Shown one piece after another: positions 39,101-54,500 of a DNA stretch of 64,000 nt. Source of the DNA: Octopus vulgaris (Eukaryota); contig OX597816.1 of the NCBI GenBank assembly GCA_951406725.2, positions 75,082,001-75,146,000 of the forward strand, given 5' to 3'. Made by a program: the position numbers and the translations under genes. Numbering within the stretch: position 1 is the first letter of the stretch; every line of letters starts with the position of its first letter. Below the pieces are notes generated by a model. It worked only from the letters and a program-made list of their open reading frames with translations, was not told where the DNA came from and made no database searches.

Positions 39101-42100
39101 GTAGAATATATTGGCTAGATACGGCCAGTTTAAATGCTAAAGGCACCCAAAGGCCAGATGGTGGTGTTAGACTTAATCTCTGTTGCCAGTTTAACAGCTA
39201 GTACTGAGTAGAGTCCACCAAAAGGGTTTCCTATAGGTTTTATCTACCAAATTACATCCACAAGACTTTGGTCAACCCAAGGTGCTAAGCACTGGGATTA
39301 AACCCAGAACTATATGGCTGGAAAGTAAACTTCTTAATTTATGGTACAGATATATGACAAATGAGGATAAATAAAGATGCTGACCACATGGTTAAAAGTT
39401 TACGTTTTCCTGCTGGCATTGTGTTGTAACCCTCATCATACCATCCAACTCTGCTAACTTCAGTTTCTCTATTATCTTTTACTTGTTCAAGTCATAAGAC
39501 TGTGGCCATGCTGGGCATCACCTCGATGAATTTTAGTCACATGAATCGACCCCAGTACTTATTTTTTATAAGCCTGGTACTTATCCCATCACCCTCATTT
39601 GCTGAACTGCTAAGTTACAGGAACGTAATACAGCAATACCAGTTTTCAAGCAGTGGTGGGGGACAAACAGTCACAGATTTAACAGTCACATGTACACCAA
39701 TCTATTCCTATTGTGAATATCAGATAACAAACATAGCTGTTATTTCAAGAGTTGGACAGGAACTAAAGCAATACATACCAATCTTTTCTTTCGTTATGGT
39801 TGGTAGAAATAATACTGTGCAACTGGTCTTCAATTAAATATCGTTCAATTGAGTGGCTCCCAGGTAGGACAGGGCCCTATTGGGAGGAAAAAAAAGAAGT
39901 TAAGATTACTCGGGTGACATTAAGGAAATGACAAGGGGCTGGGAGATGTGGTGGATTAGCTGTACTTGATAAGACACATCAAGCTAAGTAAAATCGCTAT
40001 CTCCCACAGATACAGGCTCACCCTTTCAGATGCTGGTGCTACTTAAAAAGCATCCATGCTAGTGCTACATAAATGCACCCATGCAGGTGGCACACTCTGT
40101 TGAGTGGTTGGCATTAGGAAGGGTATCCAGCTGTAGAAACCATGCCTCAGCAGACAGTTGGAGACTGGACAGCTCATGCTAGCCAGCTCCATGTCAAACC
40201 ATCCAACCCATGCATTTAAAGCAGATGTTAAAAGAGGATGACATGTTTAGATTTAGATGGAGGATGTGAAAGAAGTATGACACTGCTTTACTGAGGGATA
40301 GGAGTCTGGAGATTTAGACATTGGGTTCATTTATTCACTACCTCCAGTTTACTGACTCTAGCCATGATGGGGTACTGCTTAGTAGGATATGTGTGGTTAT
40401 ACTGACCCCATGTACTGATTTTATTTTATTGATGAATGACAAAATGAATGTGAATGGTGGGGTCTAACCAAATAATGGTATCTCATCATCATTTAACATT
40501 TGTTTTCCATCCTGCATGGGTTAAACAGTTTGACAAGGGGCTGTGCCCGGCTCCAATTGTCTGTTTTAACAAAACATTAAAATATGATAAATTTGTGTAA
40601 TATAAGGAAAGGTGAGTTCTGATATTCTAGGAAGAGGCCTTCTTTGAAGAAAATGTTTTTCTTCAAAAAGAACTGGCTTGAAACACTAGAACTAATTCCT
40701 CTTACAAACCTATCTTATTTCACAAATTTTAGTTGGAATGTAAAACAAATAATGGGATGGTGTATGGAAAAAGATCTGTCCAATCTAAGCAAGCATGGAA
40801 GAAAAACAGATGTAAAAATAATGATGAATAGGTTGGAAGATTTGGTTGCTATTTCTAGCAAGTTATCTCAGCTGTGTTGGGTGCAAAAAGAAGAATATAA
40901 CAGTTTATGTGGTGTGTAGGTGTTTCATGAATTTTTATAAAAGAAAAGATTGTATATGTTCACTTCCACAGTTGGATGAGTGAATTGGGTGCTGAAAGGA
41001 TGACTGATGTCCCATCATTAATATTGGTTTCAAATTTTGGTACAAGGCCAACAATTTCGGGGTAGGGGGTACACCGATTACATCAACCCCAGTGCTCAAC
41101 TGGTGCTAATTTTATTGACCCTAACTGGGGTCGATAAAATTTGAACTCAGAATATGAAGATGGACGAAATGTTGCTAATCATTTTGCCTGGCATGCTAGG
41201 TTCTGCCAGATAGCCACCTTTGACCCATCATTAATACTGCTGTGTGTTTCTGGCATAGAGACACCTACTGTCAATGGCTCAGTCCACCAAATTCTAAATA
41301 GGTTCCATGGGAATGCAAAATACACCTCTGTAGGTAGCAGAAGTACAATATAACTAGTGTCTTGTAAGCTTGAATCAGTGAATTGGTTCATTGGAAAACT
41401 TTAACAAATGGTGTAATTATGCACAAATGCTGAGCATAAGTTAAAAAACGCCTCCTTTGGAAAAGGATGGACTTTGCCAAATTAAACTGCTTCAGTGGTA
41501 TTCCAACAAATCAAAAGCTGGGATCTAGGGAAAAAGATAAGAAATAGGATGTAAAATGCTCTAAATGTCAAGATTCTCATCTTTCTATGGCACACAAAAT
41601 TATCCAAATTTCTGTGCCAGTAAATAACTTTTGCCACTGCAAAACTATCAGTGTTTTCAGAATCAGGTTTTTATTTACTAAAAAATAAAATTTTAAAAAA
41701 AAGTTAGTCAAATTAGTAAAATGATTGGCTAAAATATAATGCAAGTAATAAGTAATTCACAAAATGCATCCGTCCTTCCATTAAAAATTAATCAAGGTCA
41801 ACCTCCATGGAGTTACTTGATCTATTAGAAACAACAACCAGATCTTTTCCAAATAACACTAATATTTTAAATAAAGATACATTGGGCAAGCCCTCCTCGA
41901 TATAAAAAGAGTCAGATTGGTCACTGCTAGAATGTCTCTAAGTTTTCTCAATTAGGGCTGACAGAACACTAAACAACAACAACAACATAGATAAAAAAGA
42001 AATTCACAAATATGGTATTTCCATATGACTCAATAGCAAAGAAATACAATATAACACTTACCTCAGGCACATCTGTATAATCAAACATCCTGAAAACTAC

Positions 42101-42548
42101 ACTAGGCAGTGGATAAATTGTGTCTTCGTGATGTGATGGAGGAGTAACTTGGGGCAAAGTATGCTGTAAGGCTTCACAAAGAACATTATCAAATGCCAAA
42201 TAGGGGCGAAGAATCTGCCTTTCAATCCATTTGTTATTCTTCAGATTTTTGATCTGAGCCCACAAGCAGTCCAAGTACTACAAATAAACAAAGTGAAAGA
42301 AATATAATTAATAATAGTTTATAATTCAGACAGAAGGCACACAATTTCAGGGGACTGGGGCAAGTCGATCAAATCAACCACACTACATGTCTAATGCTTT
42401 ATTTTATCAAACCCAGAAAGAGGAAAAGCAAAGCTGACCCTGACAGAAATTGAACCTAGAAAGCAAAGAGTTATAACAAATACTGCAAGGGCATTTTCTC
42501 TGAGGTGATAGTGGTTCTGCTATTCAACAACAACAGCAGCAGCAGCAG

Positions 42549-42587
<39 letters not shown>

Positions 42588-45500
42588 TCCTTTCTGCTAA
42601 AGGCACAAGGCCTGGATTTTTGTGGGGAGGGGGACAATTGATCACATCAACACCAGTATTTGACTGGTATTTAATTTATTGACCCTGAAAGGATGAAAGG
42701 CAAAGTCAACCTTGGTGGAATTTGAATTCGGAACATAGTGACAGACAAAATATCACTAAGCCTTTCACCTGGCATATTGAATAGGCTTGCCATATAGCAT
42801 ATTACAATCCTGTTGGTTTTAAGTCATTTCAGTTGTGAGATCTGTCTCCTATTTCACACCTAACAGACACATGATATATTCACATGAATGTAATCAAGCC
42901 AGTGGCAGAGCCTCTAAATTACTGCTTCAACAGCTAAAAACAGCAGCCAAAAGTATCTTCATTTCTCACCCTACCATCTTTAAAAGTGGAAAATGTAGGC
43001 CTTTATAAACCATAACTGCAAAAAGAGAAAGGAAAAGATAGACATCATTGGAATTCAACCAGGTTACCTGGGGTTAAACAATGACACCAGTTAATTGCTT
43101 TTCCAATTGTTACATTTTAATCAGCATCTCATTTCAGATATGGCCACCCAAATTTAGACCTTTCTTCCACAGCACTTGTCCATAATGGCACATCAGCTCT
43201 ACCTTCAACCATTTAGCATACAGATTACTCTGTTAAATGTAATGCTTATTTATTAATGTCCTGAATTATTAAAGCATTATCTCATAACTTCAAAATTTCA
43301 AGATGTGATTATTTTTAGAATGACATTGTAGGGTAGGTGTGATAGGTTAGAACTGGTCAGGTTGAACACGAAACAGAATATTTGGGCCAAATGAAGTATC
43401 ACTCCGACGACAAGGGTTCCAGTTGGTCTGATCAATAGAACATCCTGCTCGTGAAATTAACATGCATGTGGCTGAGTACTCCAGACACGTATCCTTAACC
43501 CTTTTATTACCAACCCGGCTGAAACCGGCTCTGTAGTGCAAATGTCTTGTTTTCATATGTTCTGAATTAAAATCTTCCACCAAACAACCTTAGTCACAAT
43601 TTATGTTCTTAACACTAGTTGAATGATAACTAAGTTATTTTACTAAATTCTTTGTTATATTTAAAATTAATCAAAAGAAGCACAGAGCATCTCAAAATAA
43701 ATACAGTAACGAAAGGGTTAATGTAGTTCTCAAGGAGATTCAACATGACCCAGAGTGTAATAAGGTTGGCACTTTGAAATACAGGTACCACTCATTTTTG
43801 CCAGCTGAGTGGACTGGAGCAACGGGAAATAAAGTGTCTTGTTCAAGGACACTATGCATCATCAGGAATTGAACTCACGACCTTATGATCATGAGCTGAA
43901 TACCCTAACCACGTGCCTTCCCTATTTGGATTGAATATGGCAAGTTTAGACGATGAAGCTCATCTCTCTGTTGACTCTCATTGAGGTTAAGGTTACACAC
44001 TCAACATTCCTCTCCAATCACTACCAAAATACATTAATGTCCCCAACTTCCTCCATGCAAAGAGTAACACATTGTTGATAAATGCTAACAGTTCTTTGAC
44101 TTCTGCCACTCTTTCTTTAATCCCCAGGTACAAGTTTACTTAATTAACCAATAGTCAGCTGTCAGAATACTTCATGAACTTCAGTTCATAGGTGCCCCAG
44201 TTGCTAACTACTTTCATAACTCTGTTACAAGTAAACTCCTGGTTCTCTATCGATCAGATAGAAATCTCACAGCATTGAAACTATTATAGTATGAAAATAA
44301 TGTTAGAATGGTGGCAATAGTAGGGATGATGATTAGTTGAAAGCACTTTGGATTTGAGAAATAGAATTTACCTCTTCTTGTGGGTGAGGAGTATCTTTGG
44401 ACCAAACTTTCAGAGCAGCAACATGAGATTTTGATCTTTTACTGTACAAGAAAAATAAAAACAAACAAATATATATACATATATATTTGGGTGTACAAAC
44501 AGGACAAAAAAATACTCAGTACACACACACGTTTGTATATATATAAATAGCCACCTGTGTAGTATACTTAATATATATACATCATAAAATGCAAAATTAC
44601 CATGCTAGTCATTCAGAGATAATATTTTCTTATGGATGTGCTGTGTTTAAAATATACATTTGTCTTGAGTTCTATTTATCATTTCTTTTCTATATGTATG
44701 TGTACATATCATCATCACCCCTCTCTCTCTCTCTCATATATAGATATGCACGCACACACATTATAAATATAACTCAAAACACAAGTATAAATATTTTTTT
44801 ATTTTCAATCAGCAGAAGTTACAAAGAGGCTCATGAGACAAGAATTTGTTTGTGTGTGTGTGTTGGCACGCACGCGTACATAAACAAGTACTGATATTAG
44901 CTTATATGGTTCAATAAATATCAATTTTAAAGGTATAATGCAATACTTCTTATAACTAAAAAGAAAATATATATACATACTGAAAGATATAGTGAGATTT
45001 GAAATTTTGTTAGAAATATAAAATAATAACCAGCCTGCCTATTTTTGCTCAGTGGCTTTAAGGTTTAGTGTCCTATCACAAGCCTAGTGAGGGAATGCTA
45101 AAGTGAACTGATTATGATGAAAATTAAGTTGGTTTCTTAAACCAACTTAATTAAATCTTGAGGTGTGAAAAGTAGTTAATCATAATAGTAAATCTCATTT
45201 AGAGAACGCTAAACATTGTCATGTCTATAAAAAGAATATTTCTTGGGATGCTCTAATTAGTACTTCTGGTGGGACTAGTTGTGAAGTTTTGTTCACAATC
45301 TACAGCAGATTATATGATAGCAGTGTAAGAAGTTGGATGTTGTATGGCAACAAAAACAAAGGAGATATGATGGTTAAAGGAGAGTAAACCAAAACTGGTG
45401 CACTGAATGCACAAGACAAACTTGATAAACTCATTGAGCAAAAAAGATTAAAGACCAGATATTTTAAATACTAGTTTACTCAAAATTTCTTGCCATAGTG

Positions 45501-48500
45501 CTTGTTGTATTGCTTGACTTAGAACATCAACTAAATCACTCTCAAATCAAACCATACTGTCTTTAACAAATAAAAGGATATACTGGAGCTGTATTCAAGG
45601 TAAGTTACTTTATTCACCTGTTTAAAAGTTCTATACGAGATGTGAGATGAAACAATTGACAACATGAAGAAAATGGTATTATAAGACAGGAAAAAATTGT
45701 TGAGCTCTTAAATTGCTAAATTCAAGCATTGCACCTTGTAGAATTAAAGACCATCACCTGGTAGCAACAGAAATAGAGCAAACTCACCTGATATAGTTCT
45801 CAATCACTAACAATAGCTTATCTAATTCAGTTTCTTTTTTCTCATACAATTCTCTTCCAACCTGAAGACAAGCAAAGGAAACATCAAATAAGGTTTTGTG
45901 AAGTTTCTTATCTTGAAAGCAAATTGTCTGAATTAATTGAATGTTTTCTACAACAGAAAAACTTTTTTATGAAATTAGAAGAGATATCTACAAACTGAAC
46001 AAAATAAAATTCTTACCCATGGTAGAGATGATAAAACTGCATAAACATAAAAGTCGGATCGCACCTGAAATAAATAAATTACAGCGTGTTACAAAAATTT
46101 CAAGACATTTCCATGTGATTTTCATTAATGTTTCTCTATTACATTTTCAGTTTGTTCATTGCAATGATTCCCACAAACTGCTACTCTGAACTAAATGGGA
46201 TGGTTTTGTAAACTTACACAGGTAAATTTTTGTTTTGATTAATTTAATTTTTAAATTTCAGGTGATGCACTTATTACTAAACATTTATGAGAAGCAAAAC
46301 ATTCTGGCAAGTAGAGAGACTGAGGCAAGCAAAATAGAGCAACTACAAAGATTAGGCTGATGGTGATTTGCATTGAAATGAATCAAGGAATGTAAATGGC
46401 AACAGCTTTAGTTGTGATTTATGAGGGGGTGCTGAAAAGTTCTTGGTTTTGGGTAAAAGAAAAAAATACAGGAGGAGCAGTTATGATTTTATTCAACATA
46501 TTCCCCTCTCAGATTCACACACTTATTGCAGTGGTCCTTCAGTTATTCTAAGCCCTGTAAAAGAACTCAGAAGGTTGGGCTTCCAACCAGGCCTTAAAGC
46601 CAGGAACTTTTTGGCACCCCCATGTGTGTGTATGTGTGCTTCTTTTAAAGCTTTGAAACATTACATATTTCATAATCTAATCTCAAGTTGATCTGGGTTG
46701 CTTAGGATTATAATACAGTATCGTTCCCACACATTTTGATCACTAATACTTGTCACAATAGTATGCCAAGTTGAAACATATGATGGTATTTCTGAGCTAT
46801 ACTGTTAGCTTTTTTTTTGTGATGGCCATCATGATGTCCAGACATTTGATTCTCATCACTTTTTTTTTCCCCCACAGAATATTTTCAACCAACATTTATT
46901 GCCCATCCATGGCATCATAGTCATCTTTCCCACCTATATCAGCTGATGCCTCTTATGCCAACCACGCTATCTCAGTTCACTTGTGCTTTGCCTCCCCAGT
47001 AGGTTAGCACTATACAAACCGATACATCATGCTCCTCTCACTGATATCTATCCATTGCAGACAATTCATATTCACTGCCCAAGTCTCACCATAATTTTGC
47101 ATCACACACTACTGTGACGGTGACACATAAGGGGCACCTCTGACAGAGACACCTAAAACGCACCCACTACGCTCTTGGAGTGGTTGGCATTAGGAAGGGT
47201 ATCCAGCTGTAGAAACCAAGCCCAATTCAAACTGGAACTTGGTACAGCTCTCCCGCTTACCAGTTCCAGTCAAACCGTCTAATCGATGCTAGCATGGAAA
47301 ACAGATGTTAAATGGCAATGACACTTCTAAAGTATACTTCCGAGTCTGTTTTCTACAGAGAGAGAAAACTCTTTTGGTGCCAAGGTCAGAGGAGAGCTTA
47401 GTTGGAGCTTTTGTAACTGCTGTTCCAGTAATTTCCAATAAGTATTTCTATGGTCATTACTCTAATGAATTTTCTGGTTTAATACCCTCTGTTAAGAGGA
47501 TACTAAGACTTTAAGCATATCACCATTTCTCTTCTCAGACATTATTTCACTGCTGAGCTTCCTGCTAGTCATAAGTCTGACTTCATTCTGATAGTTTGTT
47601 TTTTTCCCTCAAACTGCTGTTCTTTGAAACTCATGACCATCATCTTGTGTTCTTATGGTCTATGATATTCAATCCTTTAAGCTTTCTGTCAGTTGACATC
47701 TTTTGAAATTGTAGGCCCTTTTCCTTCCCTTCTTTATAGTCCCTTATGCTACAGCAACTGCAAGCCTTGTGTAAGACAAAATCATTAAAAAATAAAATAA
47801 AAAACCCATTGTAAGTGTGAATGTCTGTGAAAATATCAAACACTCAATTATGATTCAACTGTGGCACCATTTCTCCAGCAATGCAGGCAAGCAAAAAGAG
47901 TAACTCGTATGCTTGTTGCTAAGTGGTTGTTACCAACAGATTAGAAGTGATAGCATAATATAAGAGACAAAATAAAAAACAATAACAAAGAAAACTATAT
48001 AAAAAGGTAAATCAACCTGAGGAATGTTATCTTCAAGAGTCACTTCGACAAAATTGTCAAACATAGACAACAATGATCCAGCCACAATTACATGGCAGTT
48101 GACCAGGTCACACAGAAAACGAACCTGAAAATAAAGATTAATAAACAACAATTAATCATTTCTTGCTCTAGGAGTTGAGAAAATAAATGTGACTCATATA
48201 CTTAGTTTTTATGATTATTAGCATACTAGCAGTATCGCCCGGCGTTGCTCAGGTTTGTAAGGGAAATAACTATAAAGCATTTTTAGAGAGTTGTAGCCAA
48301 AAAATAGCAAAAAAATGGAAAAAAATGATGGTAAATTTTTTTTTGAGATTTAAAAAAGGTGGAGTTGCGTCCCCTAGACAGTTTGTGGTTCGTGTTTCTG
48401 ATTCTCGACCCCATGTCGAATTTATCGATTTTTTTCAGAAGTGGGGGAACTTTTCAAAATTTTCGCTGCGTTAGTTTTGAATTATGACATTGGGCTATGT

Positions 48501-51500
48501 GTGTGTCAAGTTTCATCAGAATCGGTTGAAAGCCGTGGTCAGGGTGAGGGTACAAGCAAACAGACACACAGAAACACGCACAGACAAACTGCCGTTTATA
48601 TAGAGAGAGAAGAGATTTGATGGCATCAGGAATGGCCTGACCTCTAAGTATCCCAATTTGCACTTAAAATATGGTTTCAGATATTTTATTAGTGGCTTAG
48701 TAATATATATTGGGTTGTCCAGAGGTTTGTGCCGATCTATAGTAGCTTACCTTTCGACTTATTTTAGAACATGGTTGAGTCTATAAAATAGGATTTGACT
48801 ACACCTCCATTTAGAGCACAGTTTAAGCTATCTTTTCGTGGAAGAAGGTTTATGTTCCTACAACCTGTGTTAATTCTGTAACCCTTTAAAATGGAAGATA
48901 AAGTTCATTTTTGGCACTTGATGCTTTGGGAACCAGACAAAAATTGCTGCAGCTCAGCTGGGATGTGTTACCCTGCCCTCCATATTCACCAGATATTGCT
49001 CCTTCGGATTTCCACTTATTCAGGTCTCTACAGAATAGCCTTAATGGTAAAAATTTCAATTCCTTGGATGACGTAAAAAGATACTTTGATGAATTCTTTG
49101 CCATGAAACCACCTCAATTCTGGGAAGAGGGTATTTTCAAGTTAAAAGAAAGATGGAGACGCATTGTGCAACAAAATGGTTCATATTTGGTTGATTAAAA
49201 ATGTAATGGCAAGTATTTATTGATCTTTTTCTTTCCTTTAAAAATCAGCACGAACTTTCCAGACAACCCAATACACCTTGTTGGTCATTTTATAGCCTGC
49301 ATTGTTTTTCTTTTAAAGTAAGAAAATAGGGAAACACTGTTAGTTTAGTATAAACCAACATTAAACCACAATAGAGTTTAAATTGGCCTGTGAAAGATAT
49401 AGCCATTGTCCAAAGATATATAATTATTGAGACTTGTTTTAGGGGAAAATAACATCCTTGATGTCTGGAAATACAGTAAGCAATACAGCAGAACAGAGCG
49501 CGTCACACCAAACTTTTTGGTCTATTTACTTTATATTTTGAGTTCAACCAATTCTGCTTTTCATTCCTCCAAATATAATATGTACCATCGATATACTGAG
49601 ATTAATTATTATTATTACACAACAATTAAGAACTCCTTACCATAATCCTGGCACCTTCAAAATATCCTGCTTTCAGGCATTCTTTTAAATTTCGGACCAG
49701 CATTTCTACAAACTGTAGAAAGAATGAAAAATATTTAAGTCACTTAAGAAACTAAATGTCATAATAAGCTCAAAATATGTGAGATCCAAGAACAAAATTT
49801 TATATCAAATAGCAACAAGAATTATTAATGTTTCACAAATTACTTCAAACAATCTGAGGACTACAAGAAAAGTAAAGTGTATAATAGACTGTCCTATCAA
49901 ATGACAATACCAAATCATTATCATAATTATTATTTAATGTCTGTTTGCCATGCTGACATGGGTTGACAGGATCCAGTGAGCTATAGGCCTGCACCAAACT
50001 CCAATGTCAGCCTTGGCATGGCTTCTACAAATGGCTACTCTTCTTAATGCTGATCATTTCATAGAGTATACTGGATGCTTTTTTTTCATGTCACTGGCAC
50101 TTGTGAGGTTGCCAAAGTAACTTGAAAGAAGGTGAAAGGCTCCTCAATTAAGTGTGTGGTAGGGAGGAGTATTTGGGAGGGGGAGGTAGCTTTATGACAG
50201 GTGGTGAGGGGCTAAAGTATGATAGAAGAGCAAGTACCATTTTCTTGCTATAAAGAAGATATATGGCTACTCAAAACTATATAAGGGTGGGAGTAACTGG
50301 GAAAAAGATAAAGATGGTAGCGAAGAGATGTCAGAGCAAATCCTTAAGGCATAAGAGAGGCTGACTAAGATGGTAGCAAAGAGATGTCAGAGCAAATCCT
50401 TAAGGCATAAGAGAGGCTGACTACAGTGAATTGGAGTATTTCTAAATTAATTATATTGTCTAATTATAAAACAGTAGTCATGACAGCCATTCAAAACAGC
50501 TTTAGCTTAATTTATACTTTGAGATATTGTACACTAACAACTGTCAAAAACTTTCATGATACATCTATAACCTATATAATGACATCATTCCAGTGACCAG
50601 ACTGCAGATGTATAACCTCTATGTTTTGTTCAGTAAAATGTTTGGACAATTTATAAGATATAATATTCGCAAAATATAATATAATATGATGTATATGTTA
50701 AATATAAGCTGAAGTAGGAGAAAGGATAAAGGGGACACTTTAGTCCTACTGCAGACAACCATTCTAGTGATGGTGGTACAATAAAATGAACTCCGTTACT
50801 GCATCTGACTATAAAAATCTTAAATTACAGTGATAAATATGACTGGTTTATCTCAGTTCCTGTGAATTATAGATGCTGAAGAGCTGTCACAAAGTCACAA
50901 GACCTAAATGATTCATGCCAGCATAGGAAAACAGACATAAAATCACAATGTTTTAGTTTCAATACAATTTCAAAGCAAGTTACTAGCCAAACAAGTGCAA
51001 CTCCACAATTACATTAAGAGAATCTCATTAAAAAAAGAAAGCAAAAAACAAGATTAAAGGGTCATTTAAAGCAATTGCCAACAGCAGTCCAGCAGCTTTT
51101 TCATTCTTCAAGTATATTTACTAAATCCTAAATGTACTAATAACATCAAAATGAATTTACAATATAGCATAGTTGCAGACCAAAGAAAAATAAAAACACT
51201 AAGAAAATAAAGCCATTTATTCTTTTCTTATTTTCCACACAGAATATGACTGATATAATTTTATCATATATACTATAGATGATGATGAGCATAAATACCT
51301 CGCCCCCGCAGTTATAGTTCTTGGCATTCAGCAATCCCACCAAAGTTGTATAAACAGTTAACTTCTCAGGTAATCGAACAACACTGAAAATGGGAAAAAA
51401 AAATGTTATGTAAATTCTGCACTGGAACTTCAGTTGAAAAAATTACAATTTCTATTTTTACTACCATAGCAGAGCTGGGTTAAGTACCAGGTTTAACAAA

Positions 51501-54500
51501 CATAGCAGCAAGAGGTAGGATGTACTCAAATTTAAGGATATGCAAATTTTTCTTTTTGTCAGGAGGGAAAGCAGTTCTCATGATGCTTTACATTGCCACA
51601 GAGACTGAAAGGAGGGAAAGAAGAATGTGCCCTCATAACAGAGACCTGATTTAAATGCTTGCAACAGAGCAGACTCTGTTAAAGGCACTGAAAGTGTTAG
51701 ATGATGCACACATATTTTTAATCTTTTACTTGTTTCAGTCATCGGGTTTCAATCAAGCCAAGGCACTGCTTTCAAAGGTTTTAGGTAAATCCAACCATTA
51801 CTTATTTTCACGTCTGGTATTTATTCTATTTGTCTTTTTTTGTTAAACTGCTAAGTTATGGGGACATCAAACCAACACTGGTTGTCAAGCTGTGGGATTG
51901 GTATGGGGGACAATCCAGGTTTGGATTGCTTTTGTATATACAGAACACTTTTCTCTCTTTTCTTTTAAATTAGTTCTTTCTAAAAAAATTTGTTTATAGA
52001 AACAGGATTGAGCAAAGTGGGGGAAAAACACAATATCTATATTAAGATTAGAACTTATGATATTGTGATTAGTGGTCAAACACAATAATCTTATAACTAT
52101 TCATTTGCTCAATATCTGCTTTTCCAAGCTAACATAGGTTGGACATTGTATCTCACTAAAAACTTCAGAAAATAACTAACATCACAAATTCTCATTACAT
52201 ACAAATCAAAAGCTTCATTATTTTATGTAAATAAAACCATTATATCTGATGATAATAAATCAATATCAAAATAATAATCATTTATAAAATTTGAAAATAA
52301 GACCAAATTATTATCAAGAAAATTTAGGCAATGAAATAACTGACCATTCACATAATATTTTCAGAATTTTATGCTTGTAATTTGGTAGATCAGTTTCAAG
52401 TACATTGGCAAGTCCTTCAAGGTTACTCTCCAATGATGAGGTGCTCTGAATTGAAAATATAAGGAAAACATTTTGTAGAAACACACTGGAAACCTAAAGA
52501 AATACATACTATAATAACAGTATTTTATTTGTTTATATATAACTTTAAAATTGATATAAAATGATGATGAACTAAAGAGAATATGCTATTAAATATGGGA
52601 AATATTACAAAGCATTTTGCCCAATGCTAACAATTTCACTAATTTTTATAATAATCCTTTCTACTTTAGGCACAAGGCTTGAAATTTTGGGGGAGGGGAC
52701 CAGTCAATTATATTGACCCCAGTGTTTCACTGGTACTTAATTTATCAAACCTGAATGAAGGGCAAAGTTGATCTCGGCAGAATTTGAATTCAGAACATAA
52801 GGACAGACGAAACACCCCTAAGCATTCTGCTTAGCGTGTTAACGATTCTATCAGCTCACCATTTCACTAATCTTTATAATTAATGATTGTTAGATTTGCC
52901 TGTTTGTTGCTTAACTTTCGGTTTGGTTCGCAACTCTCCCATTAAATTTTTAAATCGGTTAAAAACTAATATGTATTTTGATCTACTAAATGTGTTTTTT
53001 TTTTCCAATACTGTTTTGCCATCTTTTATACAAAAAAAAGTATTACTCATTATAGGCATAAAACAACAGGTCATGCACTAGTCTAACAATAATGAGGATT
53101 TCTTATATAAGCATAAGGCTTAAAATTTGAAATGGATATAATTGATTATATCTGCCTTCATACTTGACTGGTATTTTATTTTATAATCCTTGGATGGAAG
53201 AAATGTGAAGCTGACTCCAGTAAGATTAAACTAAGAATGTTAAGCAATGTAATGAAATACTACAGGGTCTTTGGTCTTAGTACTCTACCAATTCTTGGAA
53301 AATATAATTTGTAATAGAATTTTAATTCTTCAGTAATGTTTCTGGGGAAAAAAATTATTTCACTGAAATACATGTGACCTACACAAAGTTTTGTTTGAAT
53401 GTAAAGTATTTGGGTGCTTTGTTCTGACAGATATGAAGTGCTGTTAGACAAACTACAACAGTTTACATGTGTACAACAAAACTGTGTGCTATACAGACAT
53501 ACCTTTTCTCCAACTCTGGTAATCAAAGATTCTAACCGTTCTTCAATATCCAGAAAGTCATTTGTCCTCCTCCGCTTCCTCGAACGAGCTGTAATTATAT
53601 TGAAACAATAAATAGTGGTAACATAATAGAAATAATAAAAATCCTGCATTTTGTAAAGTTTCTTATTTCTATTTTGATATGTAAATTTTGCTATACTAAC
53701 AAGAAAAAAAAATGGATGGTCACAGCTGGAATGTCTTTCATCATAGGTTTGCTTGCTGAAAGCTGATGGGGAGCTAGAACAATAACATTATTCAATGTGC
53801 TTGTCCCTTCCAGATGTCAAGTTGAGAAATTCAGTTAATTTCTGTGACTCCAAAAAATTACCCTTATTAAAACAGGTTCCTAATAGAGGGAATTATTTAC
53901 AGGTTCAATCAACCTGTTAGAAATAGCAGCCAAATCTCTCACAGCCAACAATCTTGGGGAAAAAACAATGATCATGACGAGAACACTTTTGACCATAAAT
54001 CTGCAAGGGTGGGTGAGAGAAACAAACAACAAGAACAACCAGCAGGTTGTTGTTTAGCTACAGAGCAGCCAAGGAGTTCTAATTGACCCTTCTTGTCTTT
54101 TTTTCCTAAACATAGCATATTTAGGACATTATTATTCAATATGCCCTTGCCATTTATATATAACACAGAGTAAGGTGATATTTGGCTATTATTTCAAGCA
54201 ATTCATCTGATCATTAAGGAAATATATCCTCATTTCTTTGTCAACCAGCAGATTTCCAACTCTGATGACCATTTACTGAAAACCCAAATCCTTTCAGGAA
54301 ATATAATATCGTGATTCCACTTCTCAAATTAGCACAGTTTATCAAACACCCTGCCATCCAATGTCTAACATTGACATACGTCTAAAAACTAGCAAAAAGT
54401 TACAGTGCAATTGTTATTTAGCATATGATAATTACATACGGCTTGCATGAGCATGGAATCATAATTTTTTTAAATATCTACTTTTCCATGCTTGTATGGG

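Noticed and set aside
42524-42587. Poly-glutamine-like CAA/CAG tract
   Set aside because: Intronic, antisense to the gene, sits between SINE copies, no splice context
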